Part shown: positions 17,907 to 27,052 of the stretch, piece after piece
Layout of the letters: every line of letters starts with the position of its first letter
Numbering within the stretch: position 1 is the first letter of the stretch
IMG/VR virus record: IMGVR_UViG_3300032226_001346
Origin: an uncultured virus (IMG/VR IMGVR_UViG_3300032226_001346)
Lineage: Duplodnaviria > Heunggongvirae > Uroviricota > Caudoviricetes
Reading direction: 5' to 3' (one strand)
DNA length: 64,000 bases
Position numbers and translations under genes: made by a program
The notes under the pieces: generated by a model
Database searches by the model: none
Told to the model about the DNA's origin: nothing
What the model saw: the letters and a program-made list of their open reading frames with translations, nothing else

Positions 17907-18122
17907 TTAAGAAGATTGTGTATTCTTCACGTAATGATAAATTGTTTGATCTAAACCAAACGCAGCGAATAGTGCTGGTAACACTGTGGCCATTCCTTCT
18001 AGAGCAGCCTTGCTAAGGTCTGGATTAACAGCGTAGCTTTTGCAAAAAGCCACAAGAAATGCAGTATAAACTGCCGTAAATACCCGAAATGCCAATACTT
18101 TATAATCAAATTTTACATTCAT
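17907..18122 (-). CDS. small two-helix membrane protein (holin-like)
   Basis: 71 aa with two hydrophobic helices. Confidence 0.4.
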   Translation of the reverse strand: MNVKFDYKVLAFRVFTAVYTAFLVAFCKSYAVNPDLSKAALEGMATVLPALFAAFGLDQTIYHYVKNTQSS

Positions 18123-18143
18123 AGCAATTATATTGTACGAAAA

Positions 18144-18569
18144 TTATTCGGCAAAATCACAAGTTTTAAAATTTTTAAGTGCTTTATTCCAATCTTTTAG
18201 TGAAATTGACTCCGATCCGCATTCCATTAAGATATATTTTAGGTGATCCAATACTTCTTCTTTATTCTCGCACCGACAGTTATTTAAAAACATTTCGTCG
18301 AGCTTTTCTATATCTTTTTTAAAATCTGAGTTTTCAAAAAGATATTCTATAAAATGATGACCGGCTTTATATGTATTTTTTAGTACATAGCCGTCGGGAA
18401 ATTTTGTGATCACTTTAATTTTTTCATCCAGATTTTTAATTCCAGATTTATCAAGTAGATCTAAATAAAGTATTTGTATCTTTTTGGCATAAAAAGATAC
18501 AAGACTATGCAAGTTATTTAATGATTTTGAATCATCTTCATATATGGAATTGAGTAATGCAGGTTTCAT
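18144..18569 (-). CDS. hypothetical protein
   Basis: 141-aa ORF in operon. Confidence 0.5.
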   Translation of the reverse strand: MKPALLNSIYEDDSKSLNNLHSLVSFYAKKIQILYLDLLDKSGIKNLDEKIKVITKFPDGYVLKNTYKAGHHFIEYLFENSDFKKDIEKLDEMFLNNCRCENKEEVLDHLKYILMECGSESISLKDWNKALKNFKTCDFAE

Positions 18570-18573
18570 TTTT

Positions 18574-19149
18574 TTACCTTATTGTTGTACTGATTAAATT
18601 TTCTGGAATCATATTAAAAACTTCTATTCCAGTGTTAGGCATATCAATAACAACATGCTTACCATCAATAATTACAGGTAAATTTAAAATCTCCTCTGGG
18701 AAAAAATCTAATATAGATTGCGGGCCCACCAAGCTTTCAAAATCCCAGCTGCCATTTAGATCGAACATATGATCATGGTATACTTGTAGACATTTTTTAA
18801 ATGTCGTTTTAATCTTAAATCCTTTTGATTTAGTGAGATTTTCTATTTTTGCAGATGCAGTTTTGGGGTTTGACTTTCCGCCTTGTGGCTCAGTATATTG
18901 AGTCATGTGAGGAGATTTACCTTTTCTTTTCTTTTTTTCGTTTTTTCGTTTGGCGCGAATTCTGTTTTTTCTTTCTTTTTCTGAAAGAGATTTAGCTTTT
19001 GACGCTGGAGTACAAACTGGGTATTTCCCTTTATCGGCATCAGATCTGCCACATTCTTCGTACCCTCCGTCCTTTTTAGGTCGCGATACATCCACCCAGT
19101 GTTCCTTATTAAACCAAGATTTGAGGTCCGATTGTTTGAAGATGCTCAT
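18574..19149 (-). CDS. conserved viral protein (WF.E.WVD...CGR...YPVC.P; DUF5872-associated type)
   Basis: LKSWFNKEHWVDV...ECGRS...YPVCTPA motif; N-terminus MSIFKQS. Confidence 0.55.
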   Translation of the reverse strand: MSIFKQSDLKSWFNKEHWVDVSRPKKDGGYEECGRSDADKGKYPVCTPASKAKSLSEKERKNRIRAKRKNEKKKRKGKSPHMTQYTEPQGGKSNPKTASAKIENLTKSKGFKIKTTFKKCLQVYHDHMFDLNGSWDFESLVGPQSILDFFPEEILNLPVIIDGKHVVIDMPNTGIEVFNMIPENLISTTIR

Positions 19150-19431
19150 TTATTTTTTTCTATATCCGCCGCCTCTAGCTTTGTAAGTACGTACTACCCA
19201 AGAGTTTGCATAGGCACTTGGATAAACATCAAATTTCCGTTTGGCCTCAGCCTTTACTCGATTATATAATTCCATATTTGTGGGAACATTTTTAGAAGTG
19301 CCTTTATATTTAGGGTTTTTCTTTTTCTTTGCAAGCCTAATAGCAAAATCTAGCATAGCTTCAGCTAATACTAGATTTCCTTGTTCATATTCCCAGATAC
19401 TTTGATCTACTATTTCAGAAATTCTCAACAC
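19150..19431 (-). CDS. conserved viral basic protein (DUF5872-like)
   Basis: PTN.ELY.RVKAEAKRKFDVYPSAYAN.WVVRTYK.RGGGY motif. Confidence 0.6.
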   Translation of the reverse strand: MLRISEIVDQSIWEYEQGNLVLAEAMLDFAIRLAKKKKNPKYKGTSKNVPTNMELYNRVKAEAKRKFDVYPSAYANSWVVRTYKARGGGYRKK

Positions 19432-19465
19432 AAAAATTATTTCTTTGTATTTTCTTCTTCTTCCT
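19432..19465 (-). promoter_or_regulatory. SigH-like promoter embedded in the 3' end of the upstream gene
   Basis: AGGA-N18-GAAA-N8-GTG. Confidence 0.55.
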
Positions 19466-20132
19466 CTTCAATGTAAAAACTATTGACATAGCGTTGCCAA
19501 GATTTGTCATTTGATGATACTACGATTTTTTCTCGCTCATTATGGATCAAGGGTGAAAGTTCTTTCTTTAGCCAATTTTTAAATTTATCTTTGTCAAATG
19601 GAATTTCCACATATGTGAGCGATCCATTTAAACTTCCTTGACCTAAAGTAGAACTAAAAGACTGTGGCTCAAATACAATCAAACCGAGATTGTTTATTTT
19701 TTTACCAGATCCGAATTCTGGATTTTCCAAACTGTAGGCATAAGCCATTAATTGAAGAAAATAAATTTCATTGAGCTTATTCGAAACGTGTGTGGTTTTA
19801 TAATCAATCACCGAATAAGTGTTGTCATCATGTTCAAGCAAGCAATCGATCTTACCCTTAAACCCAATCTTGAAATCTCCCAAATTAATCAACTTACTTT
19901 TCACATTCAAATCATCATGAATAAGTTTACCCTCTGGAGCATTTTCAACAATATCTAAAATTGATTTATCATTGAAATTATCTTTCATTTTTAAATCAAT
20001 TGTATTAAATACAGATGGAAAACCCATTTTTGGCCTATATATTTCCAAAATATATTTATCAAAAAAACCTACTTTCGAATCAGACCAGAAGTAAGAAAGG
20101 TCGCTAGGAGAAATCCATATTTCTTTCATCAA
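19437..20132 (-). CDS. PD-(D/E)XK (RecB/Cas4-like) nuclease
   Basis: ISPS, GKIDCLL, VIDYKT, QLMAY motifs. Confidence 0.8.
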   Translation of the reverse strand: MMKEIWISPSDLSYFWSDSKVGFFDKYILEIYRPKMGFPSVFNTIDLKMKDNFNDKSILDIVENAPEGKLIHDDLNVKSKLINLGDFKIGFKGKIDCLLEHDDNTYSVIDYKTTHVSNKLNEIYFLQLMAYAYSLENPEFGSGKKINNLGLIVFEPQSFSSTLGQGSLNGSLTYVEIPFDKDKFKNWLKKELSPLIHNEREKIVVSSNDKSWQRYVNSFYIEEEEEENTKK

Positions 20133-20725
20133 CTTTTTTTACGCTGGGTTTTAGATTTTGTTGCTGGCTTACTTGCCTTAGAAGATTTTTTTCTTTTTTT
20201 AGGCAAATCCACTTCAAGATCTTCATCTTGTTTATCATATCGCGTGGAAAAATTTGGTCTAGTTTCTATTGGGTGCCTAAATCTGTATATTTCTATTTTA
20301 GCTTTTGGATTTTCTTTATCAGGCATCGTAATCATATGTGTGCCCAGATCAATCCAGTGAATTAATTGATCATTGGCCACCACTCCATGTTTTTCTAAGA
20401 TGTCAGAGATACTTTGCATATATCCCACCGTGTCTCCTAATACCCAAGAATCAAGAGTAATGGTGAGCTTCACCGCCACCCCCACAGCAATTGGTTTGTT
20501 GCCTAGATTTTTCCAAGCATCTTCAAAGATTTGCTGGCAGGCTTTTTCATAATTTTCATATCTAACAGATGGAAGAATTTTTGTAAATCTTCCTCGCCTC
20601 ACAATTCTTTGTGAAGTTTTTTTTGTGGCTGGTCTTCCTGGCATCAATATTTCTAATATTTTTTCGCCATCCGGTAAATCAATTAAGTTTTCCAATGTTT
20701 TATTATACATTTTAGCTATAGCCAA
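20129..20725 (-). CDS. RusA-like Holliday junction resolvase
   Basis: PGRPATKKTSQ...DTVGYMQSISDILEKHGVVANDQLI. Confidence 0.65.
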   Translation of the reverse strand: MAIAKMYNKTLENLIDLPDGEKILEILMPGRPATKKTSQRIVRRGRFTKILPSVRYENYEKACQQIFEDAWKNLGNKPIAVGVAVKLTITLDSWVLGDTVGYMQSISDILEKHGVVANDQLIHWIDLGTHMITMPDKENPKAKIEIYRFRHPIETRPNFSTRYDKQDEDLEVDLPKKRKKSSKASKPATKSKTQRKKS

Positions 20726-21584
20726 ACGGCGATGCTACTGTAGCTCCGTATATAGAAAGATCTAAATCTACTTTTATTAAACTGCCACTTTGATAATCAT
20801 CAGTTCTAGATTTAACAACCAATGGTAGAGTATATGAATAAAATGTTCTATTGCGAATAGAAAGAGAAATAAATGGTACGATATCAATAAAATTTCCAGC
20901 TGTTACATTGAATATATTTTGAGTGTATGATTCTCCTCCGATTATAGAAAATTTCTGATCAACATCATAACTTTTAATAAGAAATGTTGCGTATCCAGAA
21001 TTGTTTACAAAATAATGAACAGAATTTTCAAAATTAACTGTGAAATTAGCAGATTCAACAAAAGCTGGACTTAATGGTGATAGAGAAAGAGTGACATCAT
21101 AATTTTTAGCCATTCTAGTGGGCTCATAGAGCGCTGGGGTGGCTGGACCAACGATTACACCGGGTAATGACGGTATTGAGCCGTCTGTATTCCTAGAAAA
21201 TTTTATCACCACTGTTTCTACTAATTCGTTTTCTGATGCATTTAAAGAATATTTTTCTATAAAATAATTTTGGTTGTAAGTTCCACCGCCGTTTAATGCA
21301 TTAATTTGCCCATTTAGAATCGGCATAACCAAAGAATAAACTGAATTAACAATATTTGCATTGTTACTATTATTGTTAATTCCAAGAAGCACAGGAAATT
21401 CAAAAGTTTGAGTATAAGTGATGGGTTTTATATCTTGAACTAATTTTGCGCCAGAGCCTTGAACAAAAGTTTTCTTTTCAGCGCCTGTGTCTTGTTTTAT
21501 ATCGTATTTTTTTGCCACCAAACTTTGGCCCAATAAATTAACCGAATAAAGATTCGCATAATAAGATGATGGCATTATAGGCAT
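20712..21584 (-). CDS. putative structural (tail tube-like) protein
   Basis: Beta-rich, low-charge 290 aa; SigH-like motif AGGT-N18-GAAA-N8-ATG at 21618. Confidence 0.35.
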   Translation of the reverse strand: MPIMPSSYYANLYSVNLLGQSLVAKKYDIKQDTGAEKKTFVQGSGAKLVQDIKPITYTQTFEFPVLLGINNNSNNANIVNSVYSLVMPILNGQINALNGGGTYNQNYFIEKYSLNASENELVETVVIKFSRNTDGSIPSLPGVIVGPATPALYEPTRMAKNYDVTLSLSPLSPAFVESANFTVNFENSVHYFVNNSGYATFLIKSYDVDQKFSIIGGESYTQNIFNVTAGNFIDIVPFISLSIRNRTFYSYTLPLVVKSRTDDYQSGSLIKVDLDLSIYGATVASPFGYS

Positions 21585-21638
21585 AATGTTTTTTTCTAAT
21601 TTTTGTCCCTTTTAACCTAATATTTGTACAATTGAAAT

Positions 21639-22307
21639 ATGTTCGACAAAAAAACTTATATCAAAGACAAAATAATAAAAAGACTTGGATCGGAAAATCT
21701 ATTAAAACACAGTATGCAAATAAATAATTTGATAGATGAAATGGATAATCTAGACTTAGTTGCTTATCATGGTGAAACTTTTGAATCAAGCACAATTGGG
21801 TGGATTTCTTTTTGTGACACAATAGAAAGAATAATTAATTCTAATTCTGAAATTACCATTGAAAATTTTAAAAAGCATTTGGGGGTGAAAAAGACAACCC
21901 GCGCCAAGCGCGATGTTGACATCATTGATCCTTCTTTATTAGTAGAAGAAGATCCAAAAGAAAAATTAAACAGACTTGCTGCTTTAAGCGAAATGAATGA
22001 CATGGCAGAAGATATCGATTATGATTTTCTTACAGATGAAGGATTAAAAATTGTGGGCGCAGTAAATTCTTTTGATACTTCATTAGACGCCGAAGATATT
22101 AAAGTGGATGACAGCAAACTAATGCCCATTGTTTATGTCAAAAAATCTGATTTAAATAACAATTCTTTAAAAAGCCCTTACACGGGAACAAAAGAACTAC
22201 ATCAAATGTCAAATAATGTCTGGATGGATTTAACCACAGAACAATTATTCAGAGTTGTTTATGAAGAAGACAAACAAAAATATCAATCTTCTTCATCGTC
22301 AGATTGA
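21639..22307 (+). CDS. hypothetical protein
   Basis: 222-aa acidic ORF preceded by GTACAAT. Confidence 0.55.
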   Translation: MFDKKTYIKDKIIKRLGSENLLKHSMQINNLIDEMDNLDLVAYHGETFESSTIGWISFCDTIERIINSNSEITIENFKKHLGVKKTTRAKRDVDIIDPSLLVEEDPKEKLNRLAALSEMNDMAEDIDYDFLTDEGLKIVGAVNSFDTSLDAEDIKVDDSKLMPIVYVKKSDLNNNSLKSPYTGTKELHQMSNNVWMDLTTEQLFRVVYEEDKQKYQSSSSSD

Positions 22308-22525
22308 ATGATAGTATAAATTGGATTCATAGAAGATTTCAGTGATTCTATTTCTCGATACAGCACTTCTTGATTGTGCTGTATCTCTGACAATTGTGTT
22401 TTGATGTCTTTAAAATGATTTGAATTTGATAAAAACAAATCAGACAAAATCTCATTTAAATCTTTAATGTCACCGGTATTATTTTCAAATTTTTTCTTAA
22501 TTTCGTTTAATCTTTTTGCTGTCAT
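22283..22525 (-). CDS. small coiled-coil protein
   Basis: 80-aa ORF in operon. Confidence 0.5.
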   Translation of the reverse strand: MTAKRLNEIKKKFENNTGDIKDLNEILSDLFLSNSNHFKDIKTQLSEIQHNQEVLYREIESLKSSMNPIYTIIQSDDEED

Positions 22526-22527
22526 TT

Positions 22528-22800
22528 TTAATTAATCTCAAATTGAAGTTTTTCTGATTCGCCCACAGGTAATTTAGTTACTGTAATATCATTTTTAGCG
22601 TCTCCGCTAGTGTCTCCGCTATTATTATCTACATAATTATTAAATTGTCGTGATAGAAAATCAATTTTTGTCGTAAGATCTTGAATTGGATTTTTCTTTT
22701 TTTTTGTAAGCATGAAATTATTTGCTAGAACGTAAGTTTCAATTTTATCCGCTTCTTTATAAAAGCCCCATTCATCTAATTTGTTTGCTAAATTTATCAT
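22528..22800 (-). CDS. small protein with N-terminal LANKLDEWGFYKEADKI tag
   Basis: Shares this helix motif with the protein at 55575. Confidence 0.6.
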   Translation of the reverse strand: MINLANKLDEWGFYKEADKIETYVLANNFMLTKKKKNPIQDLTTKIDFLSRQFNNYVDNNSGDTSGDAKNDITVTKLPVGESEKLQFEIN

Positions 22801-22976
22801 CTTGATATTTTAATTTTAGGGTAGGCCGCCTGAGTTTCAGTTTGCGGTGAATGAATTATATAATCCACAATTTCTCCAATTAATTTTAGAGCTTCTTCAT
22901 TAGTGAAATCAATTTTGCCTCTACATGCGTATACTTTATCGAGTATGGTGTCGCGATCTACTTTTATATAAGGCAT
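22797..22976 (-). CDS. hypothetical protein
   Basis: ATG at 22976 (MPYIKVD); AGGG-N18-TAAA motif 35 nt upstream. Confidence 0.5.
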   Translation of the reverse strand: MPYIKVDRDTILDKVYACRGKIDFTNEEALKLIGEIVDYIIHSPQTETQAAYPKIKISR

Positions 22977-22995
22977 ATTTATATTTTTAATAATT

Positions 22996-23415
22996 ATGAT
23001 CGAATTTCCCTTGAACAAAATTATCCACTCAGAATCAGGATTCACCTGTGTTGTACTGAAATTAAATGTGATTGGAGCAGGCGGACTGATGATTGATGAA
23101 TTTCAGTTTGAAAACATGAATGTTCTTCCATTTGAAAACCAGGTATTTAGGTATTATCGCAAATCCAAAAAAATTGCCATATCATCAAATCATCCTACCG
23201 AATTTGAATTTGCCACCATTACCCTTAATTATTCAAGGTGGAAATGTCTTATTTGTAAAAAAATATGCAAAAAAACAGAGCCTAAATGTTTTTGTCAAGC
23301 GTATAGTATTTGTTGGACACCGATTGATGGAGAGATTTCTGGAGTAGAGTTTAGCAATGATGGCAATTTTCACTATCATTTTAGAGATAATTCATTAGCA
23401 AATTTAATTTTATGA
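22996..23415 (+). CDS. hypothetical zinc-ribbon protein
   Basis: CLIC...CFC cluster; first gene of the + strand block. Confidence 0.45.
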   Translation: MIEFPLNKIIHSESGFTCVVLKLNVIGAGGLMIDEFQFENMNVLPFENQVFRYYRKSKKIAISSNHPTEFEFATITLNYSRWKCLICKKICKKTEPKCFCQAYSICWTPIDGEISGVEFSNDGNFHYHFRDNSLANLIL

Positions 23416-24527
23416 GATATATTAAAACAATTGTACTGGAAAATTTCCAAAGCTATAAAAAACAAATAATCAATCTTACGCCTGGCCTCAATCTCGTATT
23501 GGGTTCGTCAGACTCTGGAAAATCTGCCATTTTGCGTGCGATTTCGTTTGTTTTATATAATTACCCCAGAAATAGCACTATCATACACAATGGTGCTACA
23601 GAATGCAAAGTTACACTTGAGTTTAGTGATGGAACGAAAGTAGCAAGAATAAAAGGCACAAGGAATGCTTATATTGCTATTGATAAAAATGGCAAAAAAT
23701 ATAGTTTAGATAGAATTGATAAATCTATACCAGAAGAAATAAAAGATTTATTAAACCATCCACCAGAAGACGATTTTAATGGTTTCATATCTTACGCAGA
23801 TCAATTTAGTAAAATGTTTTTGGTTGATTTGTCTCCATCAGACTTACCAAGAAGCCTGTCTTCACTCACTGGCATTGAAATGCTTGAAGAATCTGCCAAG
23901 CAATTAATGCAAAACTACAAAGCTATCGAAAAGCAATCAAAATCGGATGAAAAAGATTACGGCAAGTTAATAGATGAATACGATCAATATAATTTTGTAG
24001 ATGAATATGATCTTAAAATTTTATCTTTAAAAAACCAATATGAACAACTTGCAGCTTTGCAAGAATCATATGACAAGATGAAAGAGTTTGATCTTGGCAA
24101 TCTAGAATTGGTGAATTTAGATTGTGTTCAAGTTTTAAATAAAATTATTTCTCTTTGTGATTCAAAATTAGATAAATTGTCAAAAACAAAGCAACTCATT
24201 GAAGAGTATGATAAACTTAGTATTTTTAATCTTTTAAATTCTAATATAAATGTTTCTGAATTATCTCAATTAGAAGTAATTATAGAAAATTCAGAAGTTT
24301 GTATTAAAAAAATTAATGATGTTAAAGCTTTAATTAATAGTTGCAATGATTTGGAGAAAATTTATAAAGATTATAGCAATGTTAAGCAAGAAGGCGAATT
24401 GCTAACTGAAAGTTATAAAAAAAATCAAATGCAATCAGAAAATCTAGATAAAGAGCTATCAGCATTCAAAAAAATGCTGATAGACAAAGGTATTCAATGT
24501 GAAACTTGTGGGAGCATTCTTAAATAA
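23412..24527 (+). CDS. sbcC: SbcC/Rad50-like ATPase, N-terminal half
   Basis: LENFQS, Walker A GSSDSGKS, Q-loop, coiled coil ending in the CETC zinc hook. Confidence 0.85.
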   Translation: MRYIKTIVLENFQSYKKQIINLTPGLNLVLGSSDSGKSAILRAISFVLYNYPRNSTIIHNGATECKVTLEFSDGTKVARIKGTRNAYIAIDKNGKKYSLDRIDKSIPEEIKDLLNHPPEDDFNGFISYADQFSKMFLVDLSPSDLPRSLSSLTGIEMLEESAKQLMQNYKAIEKQSKSDEKDYGKLIDEYDQYNFVDEYDLKILSLKNQYEQLAALQESYDKMKEFDLGNLELVNLDCVQVLNKIISLCDSKLDKLSKTKQLIEEYDKLSIFNLLNSNINVSELSQLEVIIENSEVCIKKINDVKALINSCNDLEKIYKDYSNVKQEGELLTESYKKNQMQSENLDKELSAFKKMLIDKGIQCETCGSILK

Positions 24528-24529
24528 TA

Positions 24530-25486
24530 ATGAAAAAAAGATTTTTAATTGTCGGCGATAACCATATGGATTCAAAAACTCCACAATCGAGACTAGATAA
24601 TTACATGGAATCGTGTTTGATGGAGCTTAGAGAAACACTTCAGATCGCTAAAGCTGTAAAAGCAGATTATTATATTCTGCTTGGCGATGTTTTTAACAGA
24701 ATTGAAGTGGGTGGCGAATGCAGAAATAGAGCTTTAGAGATTTTGTCTTCTGACAATGGGACACCTTGGCCATTTGAAAAATATGTAGTGATAGGCAATC
24801 ATGATATAGCACATAATCCATCTTATATAGGCAAGAGCGCTTTGAAAACTTTAATTTCTGCCAATGTAATTAAGGAAGGATTAACAGATGAAGATCTATC
24901 TATATCTTTTTATCATTTCACCCCTAAATTGGATGAACAATTATTAGAAGGAGTTTTAAAAGATGATCCATCTAAAATGATCTTTCTTCATGCATCTATT
25001 ACTGATAAACCAAGTAGATTTGAACATATACTCTTTAAGGATTTGCAGTTAAATGAGAAAACAAAAGTGGTTGTTTCAGGTCATATTCACGCTCCAATGG
25101 AGGCCACTAGAGAAGATGGTGTAAAATTTTTTAATCCAGGTTGTCTTGGAAGAACTGAAGTGAGTGAGCAACATGCTCCACAAGTTTTATTAATTCAATA
25201 TGATTATGACAACAATCATATTGAGCATAAACACTTCATGCTGAAGAATTCACTAAAGGCTGATGTTGTTTTTGACATAGACAAATCTAAACAAAAAAAA
25301 CAAGATAGCAAAAACACTGAAGCTTTTATATCTGCTGTAACTAATATTTCAATTTCTGATACTACTTCTGGAGATATGGAACAAGATTTTAGAGCATTTG
25401 CTGAAAACAGAAATGTTAACGACAGCGTAATTAAAACAGTGATTGAAACAATCAATATTATAAAAACAGGCGGCACACTACAATGA
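24530..25486 (+). CDS. sbcD: SbcD/Mre11-like nuclease
   Basis: GDNH, LGDVF, GNHD, SGHIH, NPGCL.R. Confidence 0.85.
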   Translation: MKKRFLIVGDNHMDSKTPQSRLDNYMESCLMELRETLQIAKAVKADYYILLGDVFNRIEVGGECRNRALEILSSDNGTPWPFEKYVVIGNHDIAHNPSYIGKSALKTLISANVIKEGLTDEDLSISFYHFTPKLDEQLLEGVLKDDPSKMIFLHASITDKPSRFEHILFKDLQLNEKTKVVVSGHIHAPMEATREDGVKFFNPGCLGRTEVSEQHAPQVLLIQYDYDNNHIEHKHFMLKNSLKADVVFDIDKSKQKKQDSKNTEAFISAVTNISISDTTSGDMEQDFRAFAENRNVNDSVIKTVIETINIIKTGGTLQ

Positions 25487-25746
25487 CATATTCCGAACAA
25501 CTAAAACAAAAAGAAACACAATTGACTAATTCAAAAGCCTCAGCGCTCGCAAAAAAGAACAATATTGAGCAATTGATTGAAAAGCGAAAAAAATTAGAAG
25601 AAGAATGTAAATTTAAATTTGGGATTTCTTTATCTGAAGTGTCCGAAAAATTAGATACGCTTAAAAAAGAAATTGAATCAAAAAGTGAGCAAATTGGATT
25701 AGAGGTGGATAAAATTGAGCAAGAACTTGCAAACATTAAATGCTAA
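25483..25746 (+). CDS. small coiled-coil protein
   Basis: 87-aa heptad-rich ORF between sbcD and the SbcC C-terminal half. Confidence 0.6.
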   Translation: MTYSEQLKQKETQLTNSKASALAKKNNIEQLIEKRKKLEEECKFKFGISLSEVSEKLDTLKKEIESKSEQIGLEVDKIEQELANIKC

Positions 25747-26365
25747 AATCAATGCTCTATCTGTGAATATAGCTCAAAAAAAAGGCATTAGAGAAAGAAT
25801 TGAGCAACAGTGCTCTTCATTAAAATTAAAAATTGACACTGAAAATGACGACGCAAGAACAAAAAAAGACGCTCATCTTTTACTTCTTGCTTTCATAAGC
25901 CAGCGCAGAGAAGCCGCAATTGAATCTATCGAAAATACAGCCACTTACGCATTGAAAGCCGTATGCGGGGATGATTATCAAGTTCATTTTTTACGAAATG
26001 AGGATAAGAAAAATTCTGCAGCCTTTAAAATGGAAATTGGAATCGAATCTAATTTTGATGATTCCAAAGTGATAACTGGACTGAAGGATGAACGTGGTGG
26101 AGGAGTAGTTGAAACATGTTCTTTTGGATTAAGAATTGCTGCTTTAGAATGGCTAGGATATGATGGGCCTCTAATTTTAGATGAAGCTTATAAATCTGTA
26201 AGTAGTGATGACAAAATTGTTAATGTTGCAAAGCTTCTAAAGATGTATGTTGAATCTAGTAAAAGACAGATTATTTTCGCCACACACAAAGCAGACGTTT
26301 TTGAAGAATATGCCGATCATATAATTTATGTAACCAAGGAAAATGGAAATTCAAAGGTGAGTTAA
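25715..26365 (+). CDS. SbcC/Rad50-like ATPase, C-terminal half
   Basis: Signature-like RGGG, FGLRIA, Walker B LILDEA, D-loop VSSD, H-loop QIIFATH. Confidence 0.8.
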   Translation: MSKNLQTLNAKINALSVNIAQKKGIRERIEQQCSSLKLKIDTENDDARTKKDAHLLLLAFISQRREAAIESIENTATYALKAVCGDDYQVHFLRNEDKKNSAAFKMEIGIESNFDDSKVITGLKDERGGGVVETCSFGLRIAALEWLGYDGPLILDEAYKSVSSDDKIVNVAKLLKMYVESSKRQIIFATHKADVFEEYADHIIYVTKENGNSKVS

Positions 26366-26368
26366 ACT

Positions 26369-27052
26369 GTGCAAGATTTTGAAAGAAATTTAATAATTAT
26401 ATTAAACGATTGGTATGATAATCTTCAGCCTGTCGAAGAATCAGATTGTGTCAAATATGAATTTGCTAAACATAAATTCAGATCTTTTTATTTAAAAAAA
26501 ACTGGCGAGTTTTTGAAAATATCTCAACGAACAGAATCTGCATATTTTAACAGGATAGCCTCTGTACTTTCTAAAAAATATGAAGTGAATGATGCATTAA
26601 TGAATCAATATCTTGAATGGTGCTTTGAGAATTATGATATTTTCTTAAAAAAATACTCTGGATTCAATCTTAATTCAATCGCTTTATTTGCTGAAAATTG
26701 GTCACCCGATCTTTATAAATTTGAAGAAACAGAAAAACCCACTTTAAATTCTTTGAATAATATTTATGTCAAAGACCTTAATATATTTGAATGCTTTGAA
26801 AATTTTGGAATTGCCCTTACTGCCACAAAACTAAGTAATGAGCTAAAAATACCCAAAACTATTATAGAAAACAAAATTAAAGAAAAACTCATCACTTTAA
26901 CAACAAATCAAGAAAATTTGAATAGATTGAAGAATATGTTGCGAATTACTGTAGAAAACGCCCCCTATACCTCCGAAGTAATATTTAAGAATTTCAAAGA
27001 ATCACTTAAAGAATTCTTTGTTTATTTTACCGGAGAACCATGGGCAAGATAA
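26369..27052 (+). CDS. hypothetical protein
   Basis: 227-aa ORF in replication operon. Confidence 0.55.
   Translation: MQDFERNLIIILNDWYDNLQPVEESDCVKYEFAKHKFRSFYLKKTGEFLKISQRTESAYFNRIASVLSKKYEVNDALMNQYLEWCFENYDIFLKKYSGFNLNSIALFAENWSPDLYKFEETEKPTLNSLNNIYVKDLNIFECFENFGIALTATKLSNELKIPKTIIENKIKEKLITLTTNQENLNRLKNMLRITVENAPYTSEVIFKNFKESLKEFFVYFTGEPWAR

Noticed and set aside
19437..20132. Cas4 of a CRISPR system
   Set aside because: Lacks the Fe-S cysteines and has no cas neighbours; generic PD-(D/E)XK nuclease.
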